Position numbers and translations under genes: made by a program. The notes beneath the pieces are model-generated. The model had not been told where the DNA came from and did not search any database. It was given only the letters and a program-made list of their open reading frames with translations. From positions 6,496,001 to 6,560,000 of the forward strand of contig OZ250169.1 of assembly GCA_965237955.1 (NCBI GenBank): a stretch of 64,000 nucleotides of DNA, in the 5' to 3' direction. Numbering within the stretch: position 1 is the stretch's first letter; each line of letters starts with the position of its first letter. Source of the stretch: Candidatus Marinacidobacterales bacterium. Its GTDB lineage: Bacteria; Acidobacteriota; Vicinamibacteria; Marinacidobacterales; SMYC01. This document shows, piece after piece, positions 40,030 to 50,011 of this stretch.

Positions 40030-41450
40030 GTGAGCGGGCTATTTCTCTCGACACCGTCGGTTCGCACTCTCACGTGCGTTTTGGTCGACGTGCTGATCAT
40101 CGTGCTAACGCTGTGGATCGCGGTCGTTGTGCGGCTGAGTCAATTCCCGGAGCACGGGCTCCTGCGGGCGGCGATATTCGTCGTCGCCCTCCTGCTCGCG
40201 TTCTACTACAACGATCTCTACGGGGGTCGCGCGCCACGAAATGTAACCGATCTTACCCTTCGCGTGATCAAGTCGTTCGTCGCCGGCAGCATTTTTCTGG
40301 CGCTGGTGTACTACGTGTTACCGGAGCTCGTGCTAGGACGCGGCACCCTGCTCATTCATGCGCCCATCTTGCTGGCAGCGTTTCTCGCTTGGCGGGTCAG
40401 CTACTACTGGGCCTCCAGAGGGAGTCGTTTGTCGAGAACGTTCTCATCCTCGGCACCGGCAGCTCGGCGATCGGTCTGGCGAAGGAACTGCTCCAACACC
40501 GAAAAGAAGGCTATCGTATCGTCGGCTTCCTCGGACAGGACCCGAGCGAAGTGGGCAACTCGATTCTGAATCCGACCGTCGTCGGGACGTTCGACGATCT
40601 TCTGCCGATCACCGACCGGATGAACGTCCACTCCGTCGTCGTCGCTCTCGAGGAGCAACGCGGGAAGCTTCCGCTGTCCGATCTCCTCGCCTGCAAGCTG
40701 AAGGGCGTCGGTATTGCCCAAGGCGCCGACTTCTACGAAGTGGTCACCGGCCAATTGCCTGTGCGGAATCTCCGTCCGAGCTCTCTCATTTTCGCGACGG
40801 GTTTCCGGAAGCCGCGCTTTTTCAATTCGACCCGGCGGGTGGTAGAGTTCGTGCTCGCGCTTTTGGGCCTCGCCGTGTCACTGCCTATTCTGGCGCTCGC
40901 AGCTCTCGGAATCTGGCTAGAAGATGGGCTTCCCGTCTTGTTCCGGCAGGAGCGCGTTGGCCAGCGCGGCAAGAATTTCGTGCTGTACAAGCTCCGGACG
41001 ATGAGAAAAGACGCCGAAAAGGCGGGGGCGGTCTGGGCTTCCGCGAACGGCGATCCACGCATCACGCGCTTTGGGAACTTTCTGCGCAAATCTCGCATCG
41101 ACGAGCTTCCCCAGCTCTACAACGTCCTTCGAGGTGACATGAGCTTCGGGTAGTGTCGCAGTTTGAAACAAACTGAGACACTACCGAGCTTCGTCGGCCC
41201 TCGCCCTGAGCGTCCGTGCTTCGTGGAAGAGCTAGCGGCGCACATCCCCTACTACGGTGAGCGCCACACGGTGAAGCCGGGCATCACCGGGTGGGCGCAG
41301 GTGCGCCACGGCTACAGCTCGACCGTGGAGGAATCCGAGGTCAAGCTCCGCTACGATCTGTACTACATCAAGAACGTGACCCTCTGGCTCGACGTCCAGA
41401 TCGTCCTCGATACCTTGAAGGTCATTCTCTTCGGACGCGGCGCGCGCTAA
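40030..41450 (+). pseudogene. Priming sugar transferase (WcaJ/EpsB-like, PEP-CTERM system), with a frameshift near 40413 and a 45-bp insertion at 41149
   Basis: N-terminal TMs, NVLILGTG, FRQERVG, YKLRTM, DPRITRFG, IDELPQ, GDMSF|VGPRPER, KPGITGWAQV, YDLYYIKN. Confidence 0.9.
41149..41185. mobile_element. 37-bp hairpin insertion (abutted IS-like inverted repeats) with an 8-bp target duplication
   Basis: GGTAGTGTCGCAGTTTG-AAA-CAAACTGAGACACTACC flanked by GAGCTTCG at 41141-48 and 41186-93. Confidence 0.88.
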
Positions 41451-41486
41451 CCTCCATTCTGCGTTAGCATTCCCTTATAGGATTCC

Positions 41487-42809
41487 ATGCTCGATAAGTC
41501 TGTTTTCCTGAAGAAGCTCACCGCGCGCGAGGCCTCGATCGGCGTCGTCGGCCTCGGCTATGTGGGGCTGCCGCTCGCGGTCGCGCTCTCGCACCGCTTC
41601 AGCGTCACCGGATATGACGTTTCCGAAGAGCGCGTGAAGCTTCTGAAAGCGCATCGCGACCCCTCGCACGTGCTGAGCGAGGCGGAGCTAGCCGAAGTCT
41701 CGATTGACTATACGAGCGATCCCGCGAAGCTCGCCGAAACTCCTCTGATCATCGTCGCCGTGCCGACACCGATCGACGAGAACAAGAATCCGGACCTGAG
41801 TCCGCTCGAACACGCATCCCAAGCCATCGGCAAACACCTTTCCAAAGGCAGCGTCGTCGTCTTCGAATCGACGGTGTACCCTGGCGTGACCGAAGAGGTG
41901 TGTGGTCCGGAGCTCGAGAAGGCCTCGGGCTTACAAGTCGGCGAAGATTTCTTCCTCGCTTACTCTCCCGAGCGCATCAACCCCGGAGATCGGGAGCGCA
42001 CCATCGACAAGATCGTGAAGATCGTCTCGGGGCAGACCGCGGACGTCGCCGATATCGTCGCCGAAGTCTACGGCGCGATCGTCACTGCAGGCATCCACCG
42101 GGCCAGCTCGATCCGAGTCGCCGAGGCCGCCAAGGTGATCGAGAACGCCCAGCGCGACATCAACATCGCTTTCGTCAACGAGCTCGCGATCATCTTCGAC
42201 AAGATGGGGATCGACACCCGCGAAGTCCTCGAGGCCGCGGGAACGAAATGGAACTTTCTCGGCTTTCGGCCGGGCCTCGTCGGCGGCCACTGCATCGGAG
42301 TCGACCCCTACTACCTCACTTTCAAAGCGCAGATGCTCGGGCACAGCCCGCAGACCATCCTCTCCGGACGGCGCATCAACGACGGCATGGGTCGATGGAT
42401 AGGTCGCAACCTGGTCAAGATGCTGATCGATGCCGACCTGCACGTCAAAGGCGCCCGGGTGCTCATCGGCGGGCTGACGTTCAAGGAGAACGTCTCCGAT
42501 GTCCGAAACTCCCGGGTCAAGGACATCATCGACGAGCTACGTGACTACCACGTGGACGTCGTCGCCTACGACCCCCATGTGCCGGCCGAGATAGCGCTAG
42601 AGGAGTTCGGCGTTCGCACGGTGGAGCGAAGCGAGCTGAAGGACTTCGACGCAGTCCTCTTTGCGGTCGCGCACGACGAGTTTCGCGGTCTCGACGCCAG
42701 CGATCTCGCGGCGATGGTGAAACGGCAGCCGGCGCCGCTCGTCGACCTCAAGTGGCTTTTCGACCGCCACGAAATGGAAAAAACGGGCTTCCAGTACTGG
42801 CGGCTCTAG
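41487..42809 (+). CDS. Nucleotide-sugar dehydrogenase (UDP-GlcNAc/GalNAc 6-dehydrogenase, TviB/WbpO-like)
   Basis: GLGYVGLPLA, ESTVYPG, SPERINPG, AEAAKVIEN, GGHCIGVDPYYL, GLTFKEN. Confidence 0.92.
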   Translation: MLDKSVFLKKLTAREASIGVVGLGYVGLPLAVALSHRFSVTGYDVSEERVKLLKAHRDPSHVLSEAELAEVSIDYTSDPAKLAETPLIIVAVPTPIDENKNPDLSPLEHASQAIGKHLSKGSVVVFESTVYPGVTEEVCGPELEKASGLQVGEDFFLAYSPERINPGDRERTIDKIVKIVSGQTADVADIVAEVYGAIVTAGIHRASSIRVAEAAKVIENAQRDINIAFVNELAIIFDKMGIDTREVLEAAGTKWNFLGFRPGLVGGHCIGVDPYYLTFKAQMLGHSPQTILSGRRINDGMGRWIGRNLVKMLIDADLHVKGARVLIGGLTFKENVSDVRNSRVKDIIDELRDYHVDVVAYDPHVPAEIALEEFGVRTVERSELKDFDAVLFAVAHDEFRGLDASDLAAMVKRQPAPLVDLKWLFDRHEMEKTGFQYWRL

Positions 42810-43821
42810 CTGGCTCGATCTTCTTTTCGGATTCCCAGCTTGTCCATCAGCTCGTAGAGCGTTGGCCGGCTCACCGAAAGCTCCGCCGCGGTGCGGGTCA
42901 TGTTCCCGTTGTGCTTGGCCAACGTCCGCAAGATGAGCTCGCGCTCCAGCTCCTCGCGGGCTTCCCTCAAGCTAACCGTCTTGAACCGCTCGGCATCACC
43001 GGAGGAGAGCTCGAGATCGTCCGGCGTGAGTTTTCGACCCTCGGACATGATCACGGCCCTCCGCACGCGATTTTCGAGCTCGCGCACGTTACCTGGCCAG
43101 TCGTGGGTGTGCATCGCCTTAATGGCGTCAGCGCTTAATCCCACGATGTTCTTCTTGCTCTCGGTCGCAAAACGCTCGAGAAAGACTTTGGCGAGCACGG
43201 TGATGTCATCGCCGCGATCGCGCAATGGCGGCAAAGTGACGCCCACGACGGCGATCCGGTAGTAAAGGTCCTCGCGGAACCGCTCTTCTTTCATGGCGCG
43301 TTTGAGATCGGTGTTCGTGGCCGCGATGACACGAACGTCCACGTCGATCTCCTGGCGTCCGCCGACCCTCTCGATTGCGTGCTCTTGCAGGAATCTCAAA
43401 AGCTTGACTTGGAGAGACAGTGGCATCTCACCGATCTCGTCCAAAAACAGGGTCCCGCGGTTGGCCGTCTCGATACGGCCCTGGCGCCGCGCGTGGGCAC
43501 CGGTGAAAGCACCCTTCTCGTGTCCGAAGAGCTCGCTTTCGAGCAGGTTCTCCGGGATCGCACCGCAGTTGATGGCAATGAACGGGCCTTTTTCGCGATT
43601 GCTCAGCCGATGGACCGCGCGCGCGACGAGCTCCTTGCCGGTGCCGCTCCCACCGCTGATGAGCACCCCGGCATCGGAGCTCGCGACACGACGTACCGTC
43701 TTGAAAACGCTTTGCATCGACGGACAAAATCCGATGATTCCCTGGAAAGAATCGCCGTCGGCGTTTTTCTGGAGCTCGCGGTTTTCGCGCTCGAGCTCGT
43801 GCACGTAGACAGCGCGACCTA

Positions 43822-45004
43822 GCCCCCTGGAACAGAAAAAGATAGACAACACCGGCACTTCTGTGATCTGCTAAATGCATGAAACACAAGGGCCGGCGAA
43901 AAGCCGAATTGAAGCTGTCGTCTCAAGAAAGCGAAGCGCTGACGCGACTGGCGCGACGCAGCCGTAGTTCGCCGCACCAAGCCTTCCGAGCGAAGATCGT
44001 GCTGGATTGCGCGGCGGGTCTGACGAATATGGAAGTTGCTAGGAAGATGCACACCATGAGGAGCACGGTGGGCAAGTGGCGAAGACGCTTTGTAGAACAA
44101 CGAATGGAAGGGTTGTACGACGAACCTCGGCCGGGAGCGGCTCGCAAAATCGGCGATGACCAGATCGAGGAAGTCCTGACCAAGACGCTGGAGACGACTC
44201 CAAAGGGGAGAACCCATTGGAGTACGCGCTCGATGGCCAAGCATCTTGGGCTGAGTCATTCGACGATTGGACGTATTTGGCGAACGTTCGGGCTTCAACC
44301 GCACCGCTCGGAATCGTTTCGTCTCTCGCAAGACCCACAACTGGTCGAAAAAGTACGCGACCTTGTTGGCCTGTATATGAACCCACCGGATAACGCGGTC
44401 GTCCTGTGCGTCGACGAGAAATCGCAGATTCAAGCGCTCGAGCGTGCTCAACCTGTCCTGCCCATGAGCTTGGGCCAGCCCGAGCGACAAACCCACGACT
44501 ACATTCGGCATGGAACGACTGACCTGTTTGCCGCACTCGACGCCGCAACAGGTGAAGTCTTCGGAAAGTGCTACGCGCGACATCGAGCGCTAGAGTTCAA
44601 GAAGTTCCTCGCTGAGATCGAAGCAGCCGTTCCCAGCGAGTTGGACATCCACGTCGTGCTCGACAATCTCGCCACGCACAAGACACCGGCGATCAAACGC
44701 TGGCTTTCCAAGCGACCTCGGTTCCACTTTCACTTCACACCGACACACGCCTCTTGGCTCAACTTCGCTGAGCGCTTCTTTGGCTTGCTCACCGAACACG
44801 CCTTGCGACGAGGCTCGCACACGAGCGTGCCTCAGCTCCGCGTTGCGATACAAGACTATCTCGATGCTCACAACGAGAACCCAAAGCCGTTCAAGTGGAC
44901 GAAATCCGCCGACCAAATCCTCGAAACCATCGCTCGGTTCGCCCAGCGAACGCTCGATACACATGGCAAATCGAATTTGGACAGTAATTAAAGATCCGGG
45001 GGAC
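43822..45004 (+). mobile_element. IS630-family element, copy 3 (1183 bp)
   Basis: Near-identical copy; TA duplicated at 43820-21 and 45005-06 in CTAG. Confidence 0.95.
43879..44991 (+). CDS. IS630 transposase
   Basis: 370 aa; two V>L changes relative to copy 2. Confidence 0.95.
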   Translation: MKHKGRRKAELKLSSQESEALTRLARRSRSSPHQAFRAKIVLDCAAGLTNMEVARKMHTMRSTVGKWRRRFVEQRMEGLYDEPRPGAARKIGDDQIEEVLTKTLETTPKGRTHWSTRSMAKHLGLSHSTIGRIWRTFGLQPHRSESFRLSQDPQLVEKVRDLVGLYMNPPDNAVVLCVDEKSQIQALERAQPVLPMSLGQPERQTHDYIRHGTTDLFAALDAATGEVFGKCYARHRALEFKKFLAEIEAAVPSELDIHVVLDNLATHKTPAIKRWLSKRPRFHFHFTPTHASWLNFAERFFGLLTEHALRRGSHTSVPQLRVAIQDYLDAHNENPKPFKWTKSADQILETIARFAQRTLDTHGKSNLDSN

Positions 45005-45353
45005 TAGCACGACGTTGAGCTCGTCGATCTGAATCGGCTTGTTGAAGTAGTCGTACGCTCCGAGACCGATCGCGCGAAGAGCATGCTCGCGCTGGCCTTG
45101 GCCGGTAATCACGACGATCTTGGTGTCGGACCGTTGCGCGAGGATCTCGTCGAGCACGAGAAAACCCTCCTCGACACCGTTCGCCTCCGGTGGCAGCCCG
45201 AGGTCTAGCGTTACCAGCGGCATGCGGTGCTCTTCGAAGAGCAACATCGCCGATGGCCGGTCCTCGGCCTCGTACACATCATAATCCTCGGTCAAAGCCC
45301 ACTTCATCTGGGTGCGGATGTCTTCGACATCGTCGACGATCAATAGCTTCGGC

Positions 45354-47456
45354 TTATCCATTCGAAAACCCTTTCCCAATACCCTTTTTCGACGGCAGCA
45401 AAACTCTGAACGTGCTGCCCTCGCCCCACTCGCTTTCGACTTCGATCCGTCCGCCGTGCGCCTCGACGATCTTCTTGCTGTGGAAGAGCCCGATTCCCAA
45501 GCCCTGCTTCTTCGTGGTTTGAAACGGTTTGAACAGAGAGCTCGTCATGAACTCTTCGCTCATCCCACATCCATCGTCCTCGACCGCGACGAGCACCCAC
45601 CCGTTTTCCCGCGACGTGGTCACGCGAATGTGCCCCCCCTCGCCGGCCGCGTCCTGAGCGTTCAGAATGAGATTCGTCAGTACCTTTTGGATTTGCTCGC
45701 GGTCGAGCTCGATCGTAGGAAGCTCGTCGGTGAGCTCCACCTTCATCGTGCCGTTGAGGTTTTGAAGCGTCTCTTCGACGAGCCCGTTGAGGTCGCAATC
45801 CGTCGGGTGGAGCTCCAGCCCCTTCGAGATGGACGAAAGCCGCGATGTCATCGTGTCGATCTTGTCGACGCTCTTCGCCATCGTCTCGAGCAAATCCTTG
45901 CGAAACTCGGGCTTGTCGAAGTGCGCCGGAAGGTTTTGCATGGCGAGCGAAAGCCTCGATGCGAGATTCTTGAGGTCGTGCACGAAGAACGTCGTGAGCG
46001 TCTGGAACGTCTCCATTTCCTTCGCGCGTTGGAGCGCTTGCGTCAATCGCCGATTCTGGAGAGTCGCCGCGCTCTGGTCGCCGAGAGTCTTGAACAGCGA
46101 ATAGTCTTCGACGCCGAAAGGCTCCTTGGTGATGCGCTCGTTGAGCGTCAGAAAGCCAATCGGCTCGTCGCTCCCCGCGAGAAGCGCGACCGCGTACCTC
46201 GCCTCCATCTGCGCGAAAAGGTTTCTTGCCGTCTCGGTCGCTTTTTGCCGGCTGAGATCGATGGGCTTCGTCAGTTGGGGCGTAAGGACGTCGATGAGAG
46301 GCTTGCCGCCTTCGAACTCGCTCAACACCGCCCGCGCTCGCTCCTCGGATACGGCGGTCGATCCGCCGAGGGCGAGCCTTCGCTCTCCGGGTTTGACGAG
46401 CCAGACCGTTGCCACCGAACAACCGAACGTCTCGGCGGCGGTCTTGGTGATGCCGGCGCAAAGCGGCGCGATCTCGATAACAGAGCCGGTGTGCGTGGTG
46501 AACGCGTCCCAGACCTTGCGGTAGTCGTACGCTGGCCGTTGCAGGTGGCGGTTGAGAAATCCTTTCGTCCTCTGTTGAAGCTCGCTCGACAGGAACACCG
46601 CGACCAGAGCGACGAGCCCGAGGACGAACGCGACGAACGGCGCCAGGATGTTGCCAGCGATGGCTCGGATGACGTCGACGAGTCCCGCTACCACGAGCAG
46701 GTACACGCCAGTGGCCAGAAGCGAGACCGAGTCGAAGAAGTTGGTCTTCGAAACGTACACCGACACCGGGCTTTGGCGACGTCGCACCACGGACACCATG
46801 ACGAGCCCGCTCGCGACGAGCAAAGACGCCGAACCGAACGGAAACAGCGTCGTCCGCATCCACGAATCCAAGAGCACTTGGCTATGGAGGAATACCTGCA
46901 CGCCGAAAAGCGCTCCCATCCCTAGGACCAAGAATTTGATTTGCCAGCGCGCCGTGCCGCTCGACGCGCGCAGCGTCGCCTCGCCGTTCATCAAGACGAT
47001 GACGGCGCCGAGGAGAAACACGACATGAAGCGCGAAGCCGGCGTCGTCGATGGGGACGAGCCAGTTCGGCAGCGGGATCGGCGGATCCCTGACGAGCAGG
47101 CCGCTCCATCGGGCCGCGAGGATTCCAAGAGGTGCGACGAAGAACAACGCGATCGCGGGGCGCCACCGCGCTCGGAACTCGCGGTAGTTCGTGCGTGCGA
47201 AGTTCAGGCTGAACCAAATGAAGAGTCCCGGGACGAGGCCCTCCGACAGCAAACGTAACCGAAGCCAGTCTTCGGCCTGTGCCTTGAAAACGGCGTTCAC
47301 GGCGAGAGTGCCCGTCACCTCGCGTGCCGCGAGGGCGACCATGCCGAGGGCGAACGCGATCGAGCCCGGGCGAAAGCGCTCGCGCCATACGAAAACAAGC
47401 CCCAAGGCCGCGATGACGCCGGCCGCGACGTAGGCGAGCACGCTCGATAGATCCAT
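45354..47456 (-). CDS. prsK: PEP-CTERM-system sensor histidine kinase
   Basis: N-terminal TMs, RWQIKF, YDYRKVW, GAF region, FFVHDLKN, NLILNA, DDGCGM, GLGIGL. Confidence 0.9.
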   Translation of the reverse strand: MDLSSVLAYVAAGVIAALGLVFVWRERFRPGSIAFALGMVALAAREVTGTLAVNAVFKAQAEDWLRLRLLSEGLVPGLFIWFSLNFARTNYREFRARWRPAIALFFVAPLGILAARWSGLLVRDPPIPLPNWLVPIDDAGFALHVVFLLGAVIVLMNGEATLRASSGTARWQIKFLVLGMGALFGVQVFLHSQVLLDSWMRTTLFPFGSASLLVASGLVMVSVVRRRQSPVSVYVSKTNFFDSVSLLATGVYLLVVAGLVDVIRAIAGNILAPFVAFVLGLVALVAVFLSSELQQRTKGFLNRHLQRPAYDYRKVWDAFTTHTGSVIEIAPLCAGITKTAAETFGCSVATVWLVKPGERRLALGGSTAVSEERARAVLSEFEGGKPLIDVLTPQLTKPIDLSRQKATETARNLFAQMEARYAVALLAGSDEPIGFLTLNERITKEPFGVEDYSLFKTLGDQSAATLQNRRLTQALQRAKEMETFQTLTTFFVHDLKNLASRLSLAMQNLPAHFDKPEFRKDLLETMAKSVDKIDTMTSRLSSISKGLELHPTDCDLNGLVEETLQNLNGTMKVELTDELPTIELDREQIQKVLTNLILNAQDAAGEGGHIRVTTSRENGWVLVAVEDDGCGMSEEFMTSSLFKPFQTTKKQGLGIGLFHSKKIVEAHGGRIEVESEWGEGSTFRVLLPSKKGIGKGFSNG

Positions 47457-47683
47457 GGCGAAACCTAGAGTTTAACCCTTGAAACTAAACTAAATCACTT
47501 ACCTAAAACGTCGTTTGTGGGGTTGGGCCACGGTTACGGTCCTCCACCGTTTTCTCGTGGGCACCGAAACTGCTCCGACTCCAAGGGTTTGCCGGGATGG
47601 CCAATTTTGTCGGCCGGGCCTGAGTTTGTCAAGTCTTTGTCCAAGGGGGGTTTGGCGTATCTGCGATATCATGCAACGTTCCG

Positions 47684-49270
47684 ATGCGCGTCCGTCCGAA
47701 AACGCTTTTCGCCGCACTCGTCGGTGGGATCGCACTCCTCGTGGTTGCCCGGGGCCTCTGGATTTCTGGGTACGAGCCCGTCACCTCGGACAACTACTTG
47801 TGGGGTGCATTCCATGTCCACTCCACGATGTCCGACGGGCTCGCCCCGTTGGAGGAAATCGCGGTCCAAGCTCGCGAAGCGCGCGTCGACGTCGTGTTGT
47901 TGAGCGACCACGGCCCGCCCCACCGCGAAGCGGCGGTACTCGACGAGACGGACGAAATGATCGGGGGCGTGCGGTTCATCGGGGGCTCCGAAGTAGGGAT
48001 GCCGGAAGGTCATTTGATCGTCTCCGACGTCGACGCTCTTCCCGACTACCACCTGCCACCGTTCCCGCCGGACGCGGTCGCCGACGTCGGCACCTGGGGA
48101 GGCTTCTCGGTTCTGACTTATCCGGAAGATCCAACGCATCGCTGGCGCTATTGGGAAGAAGACTTCACTCCCGATGGGATCGAGATCATCAACGTCACGT
48201 CGTACTTCCGCGCGAGCTCGCATTGGGACAAGCTCGAGTGGGCGGTTTTTTCCATCTTCAACCGCTACTACTACGTGAGCAGCTTCGAATCACCCACGTA
48301 CGCGCTCGAGCGCTGGGACGAGCTTCTGACACGCGGCCGGGTTTGGGCGTTTTACGCCGCGAACGCGCACGGCGGCTTCCCGCTCACCGAGGAGCTCATG
48401 GTCGCCGTCCCGTCGTATCAGACCGCGTTCTCGTACGTTGGACTCGGCATCGACCGCAAGTTCGAGGCCGACCCCGGGCGCGCGATCCGAGACGGTCAGT
48501 TCTTCGCCATCGTGCGCGGCGCGGGGGAGCCAGAACGATTCGATTTTGTACTGGGCGACGACGGGACGTTGCGCGTCTCCGTGGACGCGTCCGAGCTGTC
48601 TCTACACATCGTGCTCAAGCGCGACGGTGTCGTCGCCTCCGAGACGGAGGAGGCCGAGCTCGTTCATCAGGCGAGCTCCCCCGGTGTCTACCGGGCCGAG
48701 GTGTACCTCCAGGATCATCCGCTTCTATCGGACGACGTCCCCTGGATCCTTTCGAACCCAATCTTCGTCAACGTCGAGCCTCCCGCGCCGCACATCACCG
48801 AGCTAGAGTGCGCTGAAATCGACGGGATCGATCTTTCCGCTTTCCACATCGAGAAGGACGACGAGTCGTCCGCGGCGCTCGAGCTCGAGCCTTCGGGAGA
48901 GCTCACGCTCACATACGATCTATCGAAAGCCACTGACCAGAACGTAGACCGCTGGGTCGCGCTCGCACTGCGGCAGCCGATCGACCTCTCCGGGTATCGC
49001 GGCGTGTACATCGCGGGCACTGGCCCTCGGCCGATGCGATATTGGATCGAGGTTCGCGCGGGAGATCGAGGTCACTACGCGACGTTCGAAGTCGATCAGG
49101 AATCGGGGAGTAGTGTCATTCCGTGGCGCCAGTTCTATGCAACCGTGGGCGAACGCGACACGATCCCGCTTGCGGCGCTAGATGCGATGTTCATTGCGGT
49201 CAACACGTCGAGCTCGCGGACAGGGTTCTCGTCGGAGCTGACGTTGAGTGAAGTTGGGTGGTGTCGGTAA
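47684..49270 (+). CDS. PHP-domain (CehA/McbA-like) metallohydrolase with a C-terminal beta-domain
   Basis: GAFHVHSTMSDG, LSDHG, GSEV, GIEIIN, NAHG, WILSNPIFV. Confidence 0.75.
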   Translation: MRVRPKTLFAALVGGIALLVVARGLWISGYEPVTSDNYLWGAFHVHSTMSDGLAPLEEIAVQAREARVDVVLLSDHGPPHREAAVLDETDEMIGGVRFIGGSEVGMPEGHLIVSDVDALPDYHLPPFPPDAVADVGTWGGFSVLTYPEDPTHRWRYWEEDFTPDGIEIINVTSYFRASSHWDKLEWAVFSIFNRYYYVSSFESPTYALERWDELLTRGRVWAFYAANAHGGFPLTEELMVAVPSYQTAFSYVGLGIDRKFEADPGRAIRDGQFFAIVRGAGEPERFDFVLGDDGTLRVSVDASELSLHIVLKRDGVVASETEEAELVHQASSPGVYRAEVYLQDHPLLSDDVPWILSNPIFVNVEPPAPHITELECAEIDGIDLSAFHIEKDDESSAALELEPSGELTLTYDLSKATDQNVDRWVALALRQPIDLSGYRGVYIAGTGPRPMRYWIEVRAGDRGHYATFEVDQESGSSVIPWRQFYATVGERDTIPLAALDAMFIAVNTSSSRTGFSSELTLSEVGWCR

Positions 49271-49284
49271 CCGACCGAAAAAAA

Positions 49285-49370
49285 GCTCAACGCAAAGGCG
49301 CAAAGTCGCGAGGGCGCAAAGTGAAGCGCCTTCGGCGCTGATTCTCTCTTTGCGTCTTTGCGGCTTGGCC
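49285..49370. repeat. REP-like palindromic repeat (CGCAAAG/CTTTGCG family), copy 1
   Basis: GCTCAACGCAAAG..GCGCAAAG.. / ..CTTTGCGTCTTTGCG; same family as 59374-59457; lies between convergent genes. Confidence 0.7.
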
Positions 49371-49534
49371 TGTACTCGCGTACGAGATACGAACCCGGAG
49401 TCCAGACAGCCATCATCACTTCGACGTCGAGGTAAGTGGTTGGTGGCCGCGGGAAACGTCACGCGGTACGAAATGGCGTCCTGAGCGAGAGCGGGGCTCG
49501 GCAGTGTCAGCAAAAGCGCGGCGACGACGCTCAT
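49371..49534 (-). pseudogene. N-terminal remnant of an M61-family peptidase
   Basis: Signal peptide + ISYRVTFPAATNH, then MAVWTPGSYLVREY in another frame; truncated at the repeat. Confidence 0.65.
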
Positions 49535-49959
49535 GCCTCCTCCGAGAGTGCGGAATGCATGGCGTCCACAAGTTGTTTTGCGGTGTCCTCTTTCAGCTCC
49601 CCCGGGTCCCATTTGAACGACAGCCCATCCTGTTCGAACCGAGGGATGATGTGAAAGTGAACGTGGAGAACCGCCTGGCCCGCGCGGGCACCGTTGTTTT
49701 GCAAAATATTGTACGCGGAAGCCCCCGTGGCCTTCATCACCGCACGGCAGAGCCGCGGGAGCGCGCGCCCCAAAGACGCGGCCGCGTCGTCGGATAGCTC
49801 GTCGAGCTGAGCTTTGGACTCTTTCGGCACCACCAACGTGTGACCGCGGCTCTGCGGTCCGATGTCGAGAAACGCGTACACGTGCTCGTCTTCGTAAACC
49901 TTGTAGCTCGGAATCTCACCGCGGATGATCTTGTCGAAAAGCGTAAGTGCATCACTCAT
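49531..49959 (-). CDS. HIT-family hydrolase
   Basis: FDKIIRGEIP, AFLDIGP, GHTLVVPK, HVHFHII. Confidence 0.93.
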   Translation of the reverse strand: MSDALTLFDKIIRGEIPSYKVYEDEHVYAFLDIGPQSRGHTLVVPKESKAQLDELSDDAAASLGRALPRLCRAVMKATGASAYNILQNNGARAGQAVLHVHFHIIPRFEQDGLSFKWDPGELKEDTAKQLVDAMHSALSEEA

Positions 49960-50011
49960 GACAGCGCAATCTAGCGGTTTTCTCCCCAAGCCTCAAGTTA
50001 GAATGACATTG

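Larger units (their letters stand above)
42806..45361 (-). pseudogene. prsR: PEP-CTERM-box sigma54 response regulator interrupted by IS630
   Basis: Receiver LLIVDD..VTLDLGLPP..GAYDYFNKP, then AAA+ GTGKE, GAFTGA, WPGNVRELEN and HTH SRPTLY. Removing the IS restores NVVLGRAVY. Confidence 0.9.

Noticed and set aside
45312-46925. 537-aa + strand ORF and 507-aa alternative-frame ORF
   Set aside because: Shadows of prsK with no recognisable domains
47549-47575. GGGCACCGAAACTGCT sigma54-like site upstream of the PHP gene
   Set aside because: GG-N10-GC spacing is correct, but the match to TGGCAC/TTGC is weak; not enough to call
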